The position numbers and the translations under genes were made by a program. From an uncultured Chthonomonadaceae bacterium (GTDB lineage: Bacteria; Armatimonadota; Chthonomonadetes; Chthonomonadales; Chthonomonadaceae), in assembly GCA_963835065.1 (NCBI GenBank), contig CAWIEK010000009.1, forward strand, positions 1 through 64,000: 64,000 bases of DNA. Reading direction: 5' to 3'. The number at the start of each line of letters is the position of its first letter. Position 1 is the first letter of the stretch. The notes beneath the pieces were generated by a model, which had not been told where the DNA came from, searched no databases, and was given only the letters and a program-made list of their open reading frames with translations. Positions 46,895-57,865 of this stretch are shown piece after piece.

Positions 46895-49800
46895 TTACCG
46901 TTGGGTGGTTTCGCGGCGGATGGCGCGTCCGGGGCGGTAGGCTTTGTCCGGGAACGCGGGCGGGTTGGGACGCGGAACCGGGTGTTTGGCGATGTCGGCT
47001 TTTAGCGCGGCAATCGCCCGATCCAATTGCGGGTCGCGCCCGGCCATCAGGCTTGCCGGATCGTTGGCAACGGTAATGTCGGGCTGCGCCCCGGTTCCCT
47101 CGATGAGCCACGTTCCCTTGCCGTCCGGCGCCCATTCGCCGTAATTGGGAATGGATAGCCTGCCGCCGTCTATCAGCGGATAGCCACCGCCGGAGCCGAC
47201 CTCCCCGCCCCATGTCCGAACGCCAACAACCGGGCCGAGTTTGAGCCGCTGAAAAGCGTCGCAGAATTCTTCCGCATTGGAACCGCTGTTTTCATTACAC
47301 AGGGCCACGCTGTAGCCGGAAAACCCCCAACTCTGCCGCGTCCATGACGCCCCGTAGCGCGGCTTGAAATAGGTCATGGGCTTGGACGCCATTTGCAGCA
47401 GCAGCATCGCCGAAATGTTGCCGCCGCCATTGTTGCGAACGTCGTAGATCATGCCGTCTTTGGGCAGATTGGCGTAATAGTGCTTGGTGAACTCGGTCAG
47501 GCCGCCCTGCGTCATGTCGGGAATATGGACGTAGCCCAGGTTTTCGCCGCCATGCGTTCGGACGTACTCGCGGCGGCTGTCCACCCAATCGTAGTACCGC
47601 GCTTTTGCCTCCGTTGCCATCGGTTTTACGCGAATCTCCCGCGCTCCCTCCAGAGTCGGCTTGCTGTTGACCGTAAGCGTCAGCATTTGCCCCGGCGTTC
47701 CGATCAGCAGCGCTTGAAGGTCCTGATCGGCGCGAACCGGCTGTCCTGCGACGGCAAGAACGTAATCGCCGACTTTGACGTTTACGCCCGGAGTCAGCAG
47801 GGGTGAGCGCGATTCAAGATCGAACTCGTCGCCTGGATACAGTTTTGTGATGCGGAAAGCGTCTACGCCTCCGACGACGCCATTCCCCGCGCCGCCCACA
47901 TTCCCTGCCCCGTTTGCGCCTCCATTCGCGTTTGCGCCCGCGTTGGGATTTGCATTGGCATTTGCATTGGCATTTGCGCCGTTCGCTTTGACCGGCTCGA
48001 AATCCGCGCCCAGATAGCCCATCGGAGCCGGACGCGCTGTTACCTCGCCCGTATCCCCGCCGCCCACATACGCATGGCCTGTATTCAGTTCGGCAATCAT
48101 ATCGCCCAAAATGCCGTTGAGGTCGCTGCGGTCAGCGACGGCGGGAAGCTGCGCCGCGTACTTGGCTTTCACGGCCTGCCAATTGACGCCGTGCATGTTC
48201 GGATCGTAGAAAAAGTCGCGGGCAATACGCCACGATTCGGCGAAAATCTGCTTCCACTCCTGCGCGGGATCAACCGTCAGGGTCACGCCCGCCATGTCCA
48301 CATTGCCGGTTCCGGGCGCGACAGGACCGGTTGAACTGTCCACAACAGCAAGCGCCTTGCCCGTCTGCAGCAGCAGTTTTTTGCGATCCGCCGATACCTG
48401 AAAGTCCGACAGGCGCGGAACCAGCGTCGCGCTTTGCTTCTTTTTGAGGTCGAAAGCAATCAATGAGTTGGGAACCGGGCCAGCCTGCCCTTCCGGGTCG
48501 GCGTTGACGAGCAGGAGCAGCCGTCCGTCCAGCGCCGCCACTTTGCCATAACGGTCGGCAGGCAGGGGAATGTCTACAAGCCGCGTGGCGATGCCGTTCA
48601 CATCCACTTTCACGGTCGGCAAACTTCCTGATGCCGGGGCCGCGTTGCCTGCCGCGCCGGGTACGCTTGTTGCCGCGCCGGTCACTGCGCCAGTCGGGGA
48701 TGCGGGCGTGGCAGGGGTTGAAGCCGGGGAAGCGGGACGGGAAGCCGCTGCGGTATCGGGCGTACCCTCCTCGTCGTTGTTGAGCAGGAACGGCGAGGGC
48801 GTGTCGGCGGCAAGGGGAACCAGCGTTACTTTTGTTGTTTTGCTGTACGCGAAGAAATGGCTTGCGCCGGCGTCTACAGGGTCGAATTGCCGGTCCGAGA
48901 GGAACACAAGATACTTGCCGGAGGAGTCGAACGTTGGCCCGTAACTGTTCATTTCAGATGTGGTAATCGCGGTTTTCTTGCGGGTGGCGATGTCGTACAG
49001 GTAAACGGCGCTGTTCCAGTTCGGCTCATTTTTGTCGTAAGCCAGCCATTTGCCGTCCGGGCTGAAGGCAACCGGGTCTACCATATTGTCGTAAGAGCCA
49101 CCCCGGTCAGCCTGATCTACGGTTGTCATTTCGCCTGTTGTCGTATCGGCAAGCAGAATCCGCATTTCCCGGTCACTGGTGGCAATGGTTTTGCCGTCCG
49201 GCGACCAGAGGAGGGGGCCGAGCGGCCCCTGATGGGCGCGGGTCAGTTGCCGCGCCGGCCCGGTTCCGGTTGTGGGCGCAATCCAGATTTGCTCTTCGCC
49301 GGAGCGATCCGACACAAACGCCATTTGCCTGCCGTCGCGCGACCACGAGGGATACTGCGAGCGGCTTCCCGGCAGAAGCGCAGCCGGGCGGGCATCGCCG
49401 TTTTCTACGGGAACGCTCCACACCTGCCCCCGCGCTTCCACAAGAACGCGCTTGCCTGTCGGCCCAATCGCGGCATAGTTGATCGCGGGCTGAAGCGGGA
49501 CGCGGCGCGAACGGGCATGGATGCGGTCGGAATTGAGCGCGAAGCGCAGTTCCGTTGTTTTGCTTGTGGCCGGGTCGAACAGAGCGAGTCCATGCCCGTG
49601 CTGAAACACAATGCGCCCGCCATCCGAAGCGGGATACGCGATGCCGTAATCCGTGTAATGGGTGACTTCGGCTGTTTTGCTTGTTTTCGGGTCGAGCCGG
49701 TACAGGTTGGCAATGCCGTCGCGCTCCGACACGAAATAGATTGCGTCTCCAACCCATACGGGTGTGGTATCAATGCCCGGATCATTGGTCAGTTTTTTGA

Positions 49801-50458
49801 ACGTTTTGGCACTCGTGTCGGCAAGCCAGATGGCGTCCGCCTGCCCACCCTGATAGCGAAACCAGTGCTGCCATTCCGCGCTGACGGGCACGTAAGCGAA
49901 CGTATGCCCATCGGAATTGACGGCGGCGTGTTCCACTTGCGGTATGGGCAGGAGCGTAGGCATTCCGCCGCCAACAGGAACCTGCCACAAGCGATTGCGG
50001 CGCTCACCCGAATTGCGGCGCGAACGGTACAGGATGAATTTACCGTCGGGCGTCCAGCCGACAACCTGCGCCCCGCTCGGATCATACGTCAAGCGTTTCG
50101 GTTCGCCGCCCACAAGCGGCATTACATACACGTCCACTCCGCCGTCGTACTGCGCAGTGAACGCCAGCATTTTACCGTCGGGTGAAAAGTGGGCGCGGGA
50201 TTCAATGCCGGGATGCGAGGTAATGCGCTGCGCGGTTCCCGCCTGAACGGAACCCAGCCACAGGTCGCCCTCAGACGTAAAGACAACCCGGTCGCCATGA
50301 ATATCCGCGCGGCGCAAAAACGGCGCTTCGGGGTTTTGCGCGTTCGCCCTCAGTGACAGTACGCCAACCGCAAACGCGGCAAAAGCAGCAATCCGCCACT
50401 TACGGCAGGCTAATCGCGTTGTGACCCTGGAAAAGAGTTTGTTGTTCATGGGAATCAT
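46895..50458 (-). CDS. Tricorn protease homolog (S41 family, beta-propellers, PDZ)
   Basis: FSPDGK repeats, FYDPNMHGVNW, ELNTGHAY, GYVHIPDM, DVRNNGGG, GSNAE, GVRTWGG. Confidence 0.95.
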   Translation of the reverse strand: MIPMNNKLFSRVTTRLACRKWRIAAFAAFAVGVLSLRANAQNPEAPFLRRADIHGDRVVFTSEGDLWLGSVQAGTAQRITSHPGIESRAHFSPDGKMLAFTAQYDGGVDVYVMPLVGGEPKRLTYDPSGAQVVGWTPDGKFILYRSRRNSGERRNRLWQVPVGGGMPTLLPIPQVEHAAVNSDGHTFAYVPVSAEWQHWFRYQGGQADAIWLADTSAKTFKKLTNDPGIDTTPVWVGDAIYFVSERDGIANLYRLDPKTSKTAEVTHYTDYGIAYPASDGGRIVFQHGHGLALFDPATSKTTELRFALNSDRIHARSRRVPLQPAINYAAIGPTGKRVLVEARGQVWSVPVENGDARPAALLPGSRSQYPSWSRDGRQMAFVSDRSGEEQIWIAPTTGTGPARQLTRAHQGPLGPLLWSPDGKTIATSDREMRILLADTTTGEMTTVDQADRGGSYDNMVDPVAFSPDGKWLAYDKNEPNWNSAVYLYDIATRKKTAITTSEMNSYGPTFDSSGKYLVFLSDRQFDPVDAGASHFFAYSKTTKVTLVPLAADTPSPFLLNNDEEGTPDTAAASRPASPASTPATPASPTGAVTGAATSVPGAAGNAAPASGSLPTVKVDVNGIATRLVDIPLPADRYGKVAALDGRLLLLVNADPEGQAGPVPNSLIAFDLKKKQSATLVPRLSDFQVSADRKKLLLQTGKALAVVDSSTGPVAPGTGNVDMAGVTLTVDPAQEWKQIFAESWRIARDFFYDPNMHGVNWQAVKAKYAAQLPAVADRSDLNGILGDMIAELNTGHAYVGGGDTGEVTARPAPMGYLGADFEPVKANGANANANANANPNAGANANGGANGAGNVGGAGNGVVGGVDAFRITKLYPGDEFDLESRSPLLTPGVNVKVGDYVLAVAGQPVRADQDLQALLIGTPGQMLTLTVNSKPTLEGAREIRVKPMATEAKARYYDWVDSRREYVRTHGGENLGYVHIPDMTQGGLTEFTKHYYANLPKDGMIYDVRNNGGGNISAMLLLQMASKPMTYFKPRYGASWTRQSWGFSGYSVALCNENSGSNAEEFCDAFQRLKLGPVVGVRTWGGEVGSGGGYPLIDGGRLSIPNYGEWAPDGKGTWLIEGTGAQPDITVANDPASLMAGRDPQLDRAIAALKADIAKHPVPRPNPPAFPDKAYRPGRAIRRETTQR

Positions 50459-50475
50459 TATACTCCCCTTTTGTG

Positions 50476-51705
50476 CTACTCTGTTCTTACCGCCTGACTT
50501 TGGGCATACGCGGAAACAACCGGGAGGGGCATCAAGTCCGGGGTCAGGTTTTTGGCGGTTCGGTCCGACAGCACGACGCTGCGCTCGACGACGTTTTCCA
50601 GTTCGCGCACGTTACCCGGCCAGCGATAGGCGCGGAGCATATCCCATACCTGCGCGTCTACCGTTATGATTTTACGCCCGTTCTGCTTGCAGTATTTGTC
50701 CAGAAAGTGTTCGACGAGCGTCGGAATATCTTCCGGTCGTTCGCGCAGGGGCGGCAGGAAAATGGAGATGATGTTCAGGCGATAATATAAATCCGCGCGA
50801 AACGTGCCATCTTCCACGCATTTTTCAAGGTCTTGGTTGGTGGCGGTAATCAGCCGCACGTCCACTTTGGTTGTTTTGGTCGCCCCGATGCGCTCGAACT
50901 CCCACTCCTGCAAAACGCGCAGCATTTTAATTTGCACCGAGGCGGGAATGTCGCCGATCTCATCCAGAAACAGCGAACCGTTGTTTGCCAGTTCAAACCG
51001 GCCCGGCTTTGCCGCCACTGCGCCCGTAAACGCATTTTTTTCGTGTCCGAACAACTCGCTTTCCAGCAGGGTTTCGGGCAGGGCAGCGCACGACACGGCG
51101 ACAAACGGTTTGCCACTTCGCGGACTGTTGTAGTGCAGGGCGCGGGCGATGAGTTCTTTGCCCGTGCCGCTTTCGCCGCGTATGAGAACGGTTGCGCGGC
51201 TCTCGGCAACCCGCTCCACAATTTTGTACACTTCCTGCATTTTACCGCTTACGCAGTCCAAGCTGTCAAGGCGCACGGTTGTTTTTAACTGCTGCCTGAG
51301 TTCGGTATTTTCCGCCAGCAGGGCGCGATGCTCCAGCGCTTTCTTAATCACCAGCCGCACTTCGTCCATGTCAAAGGGCTTTTGCAGGTAGTTGAACGCG
51401 CCGTGCCGCATGGCTTCTACAGCGGATTTGATGGTTCCATAGGCGGTCACGATAATCGCGGAACATTGCGGATGCAGTTCTTTGACCTTTTGCAGCACTT
51501 CCACGCCCGTAATATCCGGCATGATCAGGTCGGAAATCAGCACGTCTATGGTGTGCGTGGAAGCCAGATCAATGGCTTTCTTGCCGTTTTCCGCTGTGAG
51601 TACCGTATAGCCTTCTTTTAGCAGCATCGCTTCAAACACGCGCCGAATGTTTGGCTCGTCATCCGCAATCAAAATCGTGCTGTTCTTGCCGTTCGCCGCT
51701 GCCAT
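50476..51705 (-). CDS. NtrC/AtoC-type response regulator (REC + AAA+)
   Basis: REC (ADDE, SDLIMP, KP), [38 protein letters not shown]; no evident C-terminal HTH. Confidence 0.93.
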   Translation of the reverse strand: MAAANGKNSTILIADDEPNIRRVFEAMLLKEGYTVLTAENGKKAIDLASTHTIDVLISDLIMPDITGVEVLQKVKELHPQCSAIIVTAYGTIKSAVEAMRHGAFNYLQKPFDMDEVRLVIKKALEHRALLAENTELRQQLKTTVRLDSLDCVSGKMQEVYKIVERVAESRATVLIRGESGTGKELIARALHYNSPRSGKPFVAVSCAALPETLLESELFGHEKNAFTGAVAAKPGRFELANNGSLFLDEIGDIPASVQIKMLRVLQEWEFERIGATKTTKVDVRLITATNQDLEKCVEDGTFRADLYYRLNIISIFLPPLRERPEDIPTLVEHFLDKYCKQNGRKIITVDAQVWDMLRAYRWPGNVRELENVVERSVVLSDRTAKNLTPDLMPLPVVSAYAQSQAVRTE

Positions 51706-51885
51706 TGGCCTTGCTGCTCCTTAAAAGGTGATTATATCAGAAAAGTGATTCTTAGAATGTCCGCCGCGTCAACACTTCGACGCCCAATTCCGGCGTTTCT
51801 GTTCCCCGCTTCAAGTGGGATTGTGGCGGATTCGCTGAGTTTTTCCAGTGGTTCGTGAATTTTCCGGTAGGTTTGCAGGCGAAGG

Positions 51886-51965
51886 AGTTGATAGTTGATA
51901 GTTGATAGTTGATAGAGATAAGCGTCCCATCCCGTAAACCCCAACACCTGACACCCAACACCCAC
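51886..51965. repeat. Heptamer tandem repeats (AGTTGAT x4; CACCCAA-type)
   Basis: Direct reading; AGTTGAT is the reverse complement of the tract at 27533-27563. Confidence 0.8.
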
Positions 51966-51968
51966 TTT

Positions 51969-53828
51969 TCAATTGTCCGGGAAGGGTCCGGCGGCACGGC
52001 CATAAATCAAAGGCGGCTTGGGCGGGGGCGGCGCGTCCTGGTCGTGGGGGGGAACAAGCGGAAGCCATACGCGGAACCGGGTTCCCTGGTTCACGTCGCT
52101 TTCCACTTCGATCTGGCCGCCGTGATTGTCCACGTTTTTTTGGACAATGGAAAGGCCCAACCCGGTTCCTTTAGGGCGTGTGGTGACGAAGGGCTGAAAA
52201 ATGCGCTCCAATTCTTCGGGTTCAATCCCGGTTCCCGTGTCGCAAAATTCCATTCCGGCCATCTGGCGAGTCTCCTCCCAACGACTTTGTATTTTTAGAA
52301 CGCCGCTTTCGGGCATGGACTGCGCGGCGTTCATAACAATGTTACGGATCACCTGGCGGATTTGCGCTTCGTCGGCGAGGATTTCCGGCAGACCGGGGGC
52401 CAGTTTCCAATCCAGGCGAACGCGATGCTCCTTGAGAAAGAGCGCAAGGGATTTCAGCGCGGCGCGGAGCAGAGTATTGAGCTGTATGGGCGCGGGCGCG
52501 AGGGGCGTGGGACGGGCAAAGTTGAGCATCTCCGTTGTCAGGCGGCTCAATCCGTCCACTTCCTCAATGATAATGTCGGGCCATGTGGGGCTGTCAAGTT
52601 CGCTGCGAATAAGTTGGGCCGCGCCCCGGATGGGAGAAAGGGCATTGCGCACTTCATGCGCCATTTTGGCGGCAAGCTGCCCGATGTCGGCCAGTCGCCG
52701 CATTTTTTCCAGCTCGTTTTCGAGATGCGTTTCCTGCGTCACGTCCTCGAAGATAAGAACAACGCCGGCGCGCTCCCCGGTTTCGCGGGGCGCGTTGGGA
52801 CGCTCCGGCAGGCGGGACGCCATGACAACCAGCGTCAGCGCCGGCTTATCCTGGGGATGCAGCGTTAATTTCAAGCGATGCACGGGTTCCCCGGTTTCCT
52901 GAACGCGGCCAACAAGGGCAAGCAGGTTCTCCTGTTCGCTTGGCGGCAGGCGCAGGGCCGCAAAAGCGGCTTCGAGGGGAGCATTGCGCATGTGACGCGC
53001 CCCGCCTTGCAGCAGCAGTTCGGCGGCAGGGTTGCAGCGGGCAATGTTTCCGTTGGCGTCCGTCGTGAGAATGGCGGCTTCTATGGACTGCAAAACGTTA
53101 TCGGTGGTGTCTTTCAAGCGGCGAAGTTTGGCGGCGCTTTCCTGCATTTGCGCGGTGAGCAGGGCGTTTTCGAGGGCAAGCCCGGCCTGCCAGATGTAGG
53201 CTTGCAGAAGGTTTATTTGCTCCTCGCGGATGGGCGCGGGTTTACGCTGATTATCGGCCACAAGGACGGCAAGGCAGGTTTCACCGCGAATGAGGATGGG
53301 CACGGCGACAAAGGCGTTCGCGCCGAGTGAGCGGGCGTAGCCCTTATTCTGGCGGTACGCGGGAACGCGCTGCTCCTCTTCGGATACAGGCAGGCGGCTG
53401 TCGAAGTGGAGCATTTCACGGGAACGGGCCACTCGTCCAACCGCGCCTTCTCCAAGCGTGACAGGATTGCGGGCAAGGCTTTCCGGGTAGCCTTCGCTTG
53501 CGCGGATGGTCAGCGTGGGGCGGTTGGTATCCTGTAAATACAGGCAGCAGCGGTCAAAGCCAATGATGCCGCAAACCTGGCCGGGGATAATTTCGAGCAG
53601 CGCGTCCATATCGGGGGCAGACAGGAGGGCGCGCGACAGGGTGGACAGGTCGGACAGGTGGCGCGTGGTTTGATGATTCTCATCGCGCGGATATGATATA
53701 ATGGTTAAAGGCGTCGAATTAAAGCTACTGCTCATAATGATGCCGACAGAAAAGAAACCTGTGCTGCGCAACGGTGGGAGCATCAGGGAAGTTGTGTCGG
53801 ATGGAGGATGGTTGCCGCGCGGCAGCAA
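51969..53828 (-). CDS. GAF-PAS sensor histidine kinase
   Basis: AHEVRNAL, NIVMNA, DTGTGI, PFVTT, GTGLGL; start uncertain. Confidence 0.92.
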   Translation of the reverse strand: MLPRGNHPPSDTTSLMLPPLRSTGFFSVGIIMSSSFNSTPLTIISYPRDENHQTTRHLSDLSTLSRALLSAPDMDALLEIIPGQVCGIIGFDRCCLYLQDTNRPTLTIRASEGYPESLARNPVTLGEGAVGRVARSREMLHFDSRLPVSEEEQRVPAYRQNKGYARSLGANAFVAVPILIRGETCLAVLVADNQRKPAPIREEQINLLQAYIWQAGLALENALLTAQMQESAAKLRRLKDTTDNVLQSIEAAILTTDANGNIARCNPAAELLLQGGARHMRNAPLEAAFAALRLPPSEQENLLALVGRVQETGEPVHRLKLTLHPQDKPALTLVVMASRLPERPNAPRETGERAGVVLIFEDVTQETHLENELEKMRRLADIGQLAAKMAHEVRNALSPIRGAAQLIRSELDSPTWPDIIIEEVDGLSRLTTEMLNFARPTPLAPAPIQLNTLLRAALKSLALFLKEHRVRLDWKLAPGLPEILADEAQIRQVIRNIVMNAAQSMPESGVLKIQSRWEETRQMAGMEFCDTGTGIEPEELERIFQPFVTTRPKGTGLGLSIVQKNVDNHGGQIEVESDVNQGTRFRVWLPLVPPHDQDAPPPPKPPLIYGRAAGPFPDN

Positions 53829-54239
53829 GAGTATGGCAACGTCACCATCGCTGTTGACGAACCATCAAGGGCGCTGGTATTTGTGGCTTGTATATCAGAA
53901 AATTTGTACAGCCATGATAATTCTGTACAGCTATAATCACCTATTGTACCATATTGCGCTGATAATTCTCTTTGTCTTTCGGGGTATTTTGTTTGTCCGT
54001 CCGTTTCGGGGATTGAAAATACCCGTAGCCCTATTTCACAGCAAGCGTTTTCAATTCCTGGCAGACGGCTTGACAACCGCGCATTAATTCTTCATAATCT
54101 TCCTATACACCGAGTGCCTTGAATCAGGATGAAAGCTGATTCTTTCTCCTTTTTCCTTGAAAAACAACGATTTCTGCTTCCCTATTATCTTTCCTTATTC
54201 CCTGAGTATCCGCATAGAAGCGGAGGAGAGTGTCGCGTT

Positions 54240-55388
54240 ATGGCTGGCGTAGAATTGAAAAATCTGACCAAATCGTTCAACAAGGTCACTGCGGTCAACA
54301 GCATCAACCTGGAAATCCGGGACAAAGAGTTTATGGTGCTTGTCGGGCCTTCCGGGTGCGGTAAAACCACCGCCCTGCGCATGATTGCCGGCCTGGAAGA
54401 GTCTACGGGCGGCGAGATTCTCATTGGCGACCGGGTTGTCAACGATGTGTCGCCCAAAGACCGCGACATTGCGATGGTGTTCCAGAACTATGCGCTGTAC
54501 CCGCACATGAGCGTGTACGACAACATGAGTTTCGGGCTGCGCTTGAAGCGGACGCCGACGGGGGGCGTATGGCCGCTCAATTCTCGCCGGACGTTTACCA
54601 AAGAAGAGATTGACCGGCGGGTTCAGGAAGCGGCGGAAATGTTGGGATTGAAGCCCCTGCTCCAGCGCAAGCCCAAAGAACTGTCGGGCGGGCAGCGTCA
54701 GCGCGTGGCGTTGGGACGCGCCATTGTGCGCGAACCCAAAGTGTTCCTGATGGACGAGCCGCTTTCCAACCTGGACGCCATGCTGCGCGTACAAACCCGC
54801 GCCGAACTGATTAAATTGCACCGGCGTTTGGGCATTACGACCATTTACGTCACGCACGATCAGGTGGAAGCCATGACGATGGGCGACCGCATTACGGTGA
54901 TGAGCAACGGCATCATTCAGCAGGTTGGAGCGCCTTTAGAGTTGTACAACCATCCCGTGAATCTGTTCGTCGCCGGCTTCATCGGTTCGCCCGGCATGAA
55001 CTTTGTGCCGGTCAAAATCGCGCAGCAGGGCGAGCGGCTTGTGGCGGATGCGGGCAGTTTCCGCGTCGTATTGCCACCTGCGCAGGCCGAGCGCGTCCGC
55101 GATTATGTCGGCAAATCGTGCATGTTCGGCATACGCCCCGAAGACATTTACGATAAGCAGCTTGCCGGCCTGATACAGTCCACCCCGGACAACACCATTG
55201 CCGTTGACGTGGATGTGATCGAGCCGTTGGGCAGCAACATCGAAATGTACCTGAAATCCGGGGAGAGAACGCTGACGGCCATGATTGACAGCGCTTCGCC
55301 CGCGCGCATGGGCGACAAGATCGAAGTGATTTTGGACATGGACAAAACCCACCTGTTCGACACGGAAAGCGAGCAGGCGTTGTACTGA
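54240..55388 (+). CDS. Sugar ABC transporter ATP-binding protein (MalK/MsmK/UgpC family)
   Basis: GPSGCGKT, VFQNYALYPHM, LSGGQRQR, DEPLSNLDA, TOBE-like C-terminus; SD GGAGGAG. Confidence 0.95.
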   Translation: MAGVELKNLTKSFNKVTAVNSINLEIRDKEFMVLVGPSGCGKTTALRMIAGLEESTGGEILIGDRVVNDVSPKDRDIAMVFQNYALYPHMSVYDNMSFGLRLKRTPTGGVWPLNSRRTFTKEEIDRRVQEAAEMLGLKPLLQRKPKELSGGQRQRVALGRAIVREPKVFLMDEPLSNLDAMLRVQTRAELIKLHRRLGITTIYVTHDQVEAMTMGDRITVMSNGIIQQVGAPLELYNHPVNLFVAGFIGSPGMNFVPVKIAQQGERLVADAGSFRVVLPPAQAERVRDYVGKSCMFGIRPEDIYDKQLAGLIQSTPDNTIAVDVDVIEPLGSNIEMYLKSGERTLTAMIDSASPARMGDKIEVILDMDKTHLFDTESEQALY

Positions 55389-55451
55389 GGCAATGCGGGT
55401 GTTCAGGTGTTCGGGTATTCAGGTGTTTGTCTTGATTGCCGGAGAGTTGCT

Positions 55452-56396
55452 ATGTCCCTTCGAGCGTCTTATCGCAGATTGTCGCGCCCTGCCCGCAGGT
55501 TGATTGGGGTGGGAGCGTTCGCCTGCGTTTTGGGGATAGGCTGGCTCTGGCTTGGCCGCGCCCTCCTGACGCGCTGGCTGATTGATGCCGTGAATCGAGG
55601 AGATACTACGCAGGTACGCCGCTTATTGCGCTGGGGCGCAAACCCCAATCAATCGAAAAACATTGTGTTTTGGGACGCTGACAGTATGACAGGACCCTGG
55701 ACAGCGCTGGATTTGGCCGCCTGGCAGGGGCGTACCGATCTCGCGCGGCTTTTTATTGTCAGGGGCGCAGACGTAAACCGGCGCGATCTGAACGGCAACA
55801 CCGCGCTAATATGGGCGATGCGGCACGGTGGCCCGTCAGATACCATACCTTTCCTGCTGGCGCATGGAGCCGACGTTCACGTTCGAGATGATGCAGGCAA
55901 CAACTTGCTTTGTATTGGTGTATTCGGCAGCATCGGGCGTCAGATGGAATTACTTTTCGGACACGGGCTAGATATAAACGCTAAAGTGAACAATGACTGC
56001 ACTATCATTGAGCAAGCAGTCAACTTGCATTATGTAGAGGAAACACGCATTTTGCTGGAGCATGGAGCCGATTGGAAATACTGCGCCAAACCGGAAAACT
56101 GCGCTTGGCTGACGGCTGCTAAATCCGGCCAAACCCCGATGCTGAAACTGCTGTTTGAACACGGAGCCGATGTCAACGCGCCCCTGCATGGAACAACTCC
56201 ATTAGCTGCCGCCGCTACCGGCGGGCATGTGGAAGCCACACAGTTTTTACTGTCGCAAGGGGCAAATCCCAATATCAAGACAGGATACAAGCATACCCTT
56301 CTTACCGACATCACAGATTTGGGCGCGCAATGGAGTACCCGCCAAACCAAGTGGAACGAGATAGCCATGCTGCTGCGCATGGCAGGCGCGAAATGA
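55452..56396 (+). CDS. Ankyrin repeat protein with N-terminal membrane anchor
   Basis: TAL..AA, GADVN repeats; start at 55452 after GGAG. Confidence 0.9.
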   Translation: MSLRASYRRLSRPARRLIGVGAFACVLGIGWLWLGRALLTRWLIDAVNRGDTTQVRRLLRWGANPNQSKNIVFWDADSMTGPWTALDLAAWQGRTDLARLFIVRGADVNRRDLNGNTALIWAMRHGGPSDTIPFLLAHGADVHVRDDAGNNLLCIGVFGSIGRQMELLFGHGLDINAKVNNDCTIIEQAVNLHYVEETRILLEHGADWKYCAKPENCAWLTAAKSGQTPMLKLLFEHGADVNAPLHGTTPLAAAATGGHVEATQFLLSQGANPNIKTGYKHTLLTDITDLGAQWSTRQTKWNEIAMLLRMAGAK

Positions 56397-56412
56397 AGCA
56401 GGTTAATTACGC

Positions 56413-57099
56413 ATGAGTTTGCGAACCGAAAACGTCACCTTGAGCTACGGGGATGGCGACCAGATTACGTATGCCGTGCGCGACGTTTCCGCCGCGTTTC
56501 CAGAGCGCGGGTTTTACGGCATCATGGGGCCGTCCGGGAGCGGCAAAAGTTCGCTGCTGTATCTGCTCAGTGGGCTGAAACTGCCCACGTCCGGCGATGT
56601 GATTTACGGTGGGCAATCCCTGTCCCGCATGAGCGACGGGGAACGGGGCCGAACCCGGCGCGAACGCTTCGGCTTTGTGTTTCAGCAGCCGTTTCTGCTC
56701 AACTACCTGACCGCCCGCGAAAACGTCCTTGTCGCGGCCCCGGCAGGTGACCGGCAGGCAAAAACCCGCGTGGACGCCCTGCTGGACGAACTGCACATTC
56801 TGCCCCTTGCCGAGCGTTACCCCGCCCATCTTTCCGGCGGCGAACGGCAGCGCCTCGTCGTGGCCCGCGCCATGATCAATCAGCCCGCTATCATCTTCGC
56901 GGACGAACCCACCGCCGCCCTCGACCACGCCAACGGACGCGCGGTCATCGAACTGCTCATGCGCTACCGAACGCAGGGAGCCGTCATCGTTGTTACCCAC
57001 GACCCCAGCATGTTAGCCGAAGCCGACAGCATCTACCATCTCACGGACGGCCTGCTGGATCATATTGAGGAAGGGATAGGGGAGAACAATGCTGAATGA
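56413..57099 (+). CDS. ABC transporter ATP-binding protein (LolD/MacB-like)
   Basis: GPSGSGKS, GFVFQ, LSGGERQR, ADEPTAALD, VTHD. Confidence 0.93.
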   Translation: MSLRTENVTLSYGDGDQITYAVRDVSAAFPERGFYGIMGPSGSGKSSLLYLLSGLKLPTSGDVIYGGQSLSRMSDGERGRTRRERFGFVFQQPFLLNYLTARENVLVAAPAGDRQAKTRVDALLDELHILPLAERYPAHLSGGERQRLVVARAMINQPAIIFADEPTAALDHANGRAVIELLMRYRTQGAVIVVTHDPSMLAEADSIYHLTDGLLDHIEEGIGENNAE

Positions 57100-57211
57100 T
57101 GAGTGATGAATGATGAGTACAATGCAGAATCCAATTCATCATTCATCATTCATCACTCATCACTCAGCACTACCCTCAACACCCTGAAACCCTAAAACCC
57201 TAAAACCCTAC
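57092..57211. repeat. Heptamer (TGAATGA/TCATTCA) inverted-repeat cassette plus ACCCTAAA octamers
   Basis: TGAATGATGAGTGATGAATGATGA vs TCATCATTCATCATTCATCACTCATCACTCA. Confidence 0.85.
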
Positions 57212-57225
57212 CCGAAGGAGATACC

Positions 57226-57744
57226 ATGTCCACTCGCAGCGTTACTTTGAGAGGCAATCCATTTGCCGTTGAGGGGCCGGAACTGAAAGCCGGCGACAAA
57301 GCCCCCGATTTCACCTTGCAGGCCAATACCGCAGAGGGGCTGAAAGACATTTCGCTAAAAGATTTTGCGGGCAAAACGCTTGTGCTTTCCGTGCTTCCTT
57401 CGCTGGATACGCCCGTGTGCGCCCTGCAAACACGCACCTTCAACCAGAAGGCAAGCGCGTTGCCGGACAATGTCGTCGTGCTGACGGTTAGCGCCGACCT
57501 GCCGTTTGCGCAGGGACGTTTTTGCGGCGCGGAAAACATTGACAAGCTGCAAACCGCGTCCGACCACCGCGATTCCAACTTCGGCAAAGCGTATGGCGTC
57601 CTGATTTCGGAAGGCCCATTGCAGCGTATTCTGGCCCGCTCCATCTTCGTCGTCGGCCCGGACGGTACGCTCAAATATGTGGAGTACGTGTCCGAAGTCG
57701 CCAACGAGCCGAATTACGACGCGGCTCTCAGCGCAGCGGCGTAA
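57226..57744 (+). CDS. tpx: Thiol peroxidase
   Basis: PSLDTPVC, SADLPFAQGRFCG, EPNYDAAL; SD AAGGAG. Confidence 0.95.
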   Translation: MSTRSVTLRGNPFAVEGPELKAGDKAPDFTLQANTAEGLKDISLKDFAGKTLVLSVLPSLDTPVCALQTRTFNQKASALPDNVVVLTVSADLPFAQGRFCGAENIDKLQTASDHRDSNFGKAYGVLISEGPLQRILARSIFVVGPDGTLKYVEYVSEVANEPNYDAALSAAA

Positions 57745-57750
57745 CTTCTA

Positions 57751-57855
57751 TTTGTCTTGAACCATGATTTATGTAATTATGATGATTGCCATGAGGAACG
57801 CGCCTCCTAATCATGGTAATCACATAAATCATGTGAAATCATGGTTCAAGACAAA
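57751..57855. repeat. Inverted-repeat cassette (AATCATG-type) between convergent genes
   Basis: TTTGTCTTGAACCATGATTT / AAATCATGGTTCAAGACAAA perfect 20-bp arms with internal CATGAT repeats. Confidence 0.88.
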
Positions 57856-57865
57856 TTTCCGCCTG

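Noticed and set aside
53903..53951. TGTACAGC direct repeats as a regulator binding site (similar GTACAGG repeats at 36830-36855)
   Set aside because: Too short and few to distinguish from chance without comparative data.
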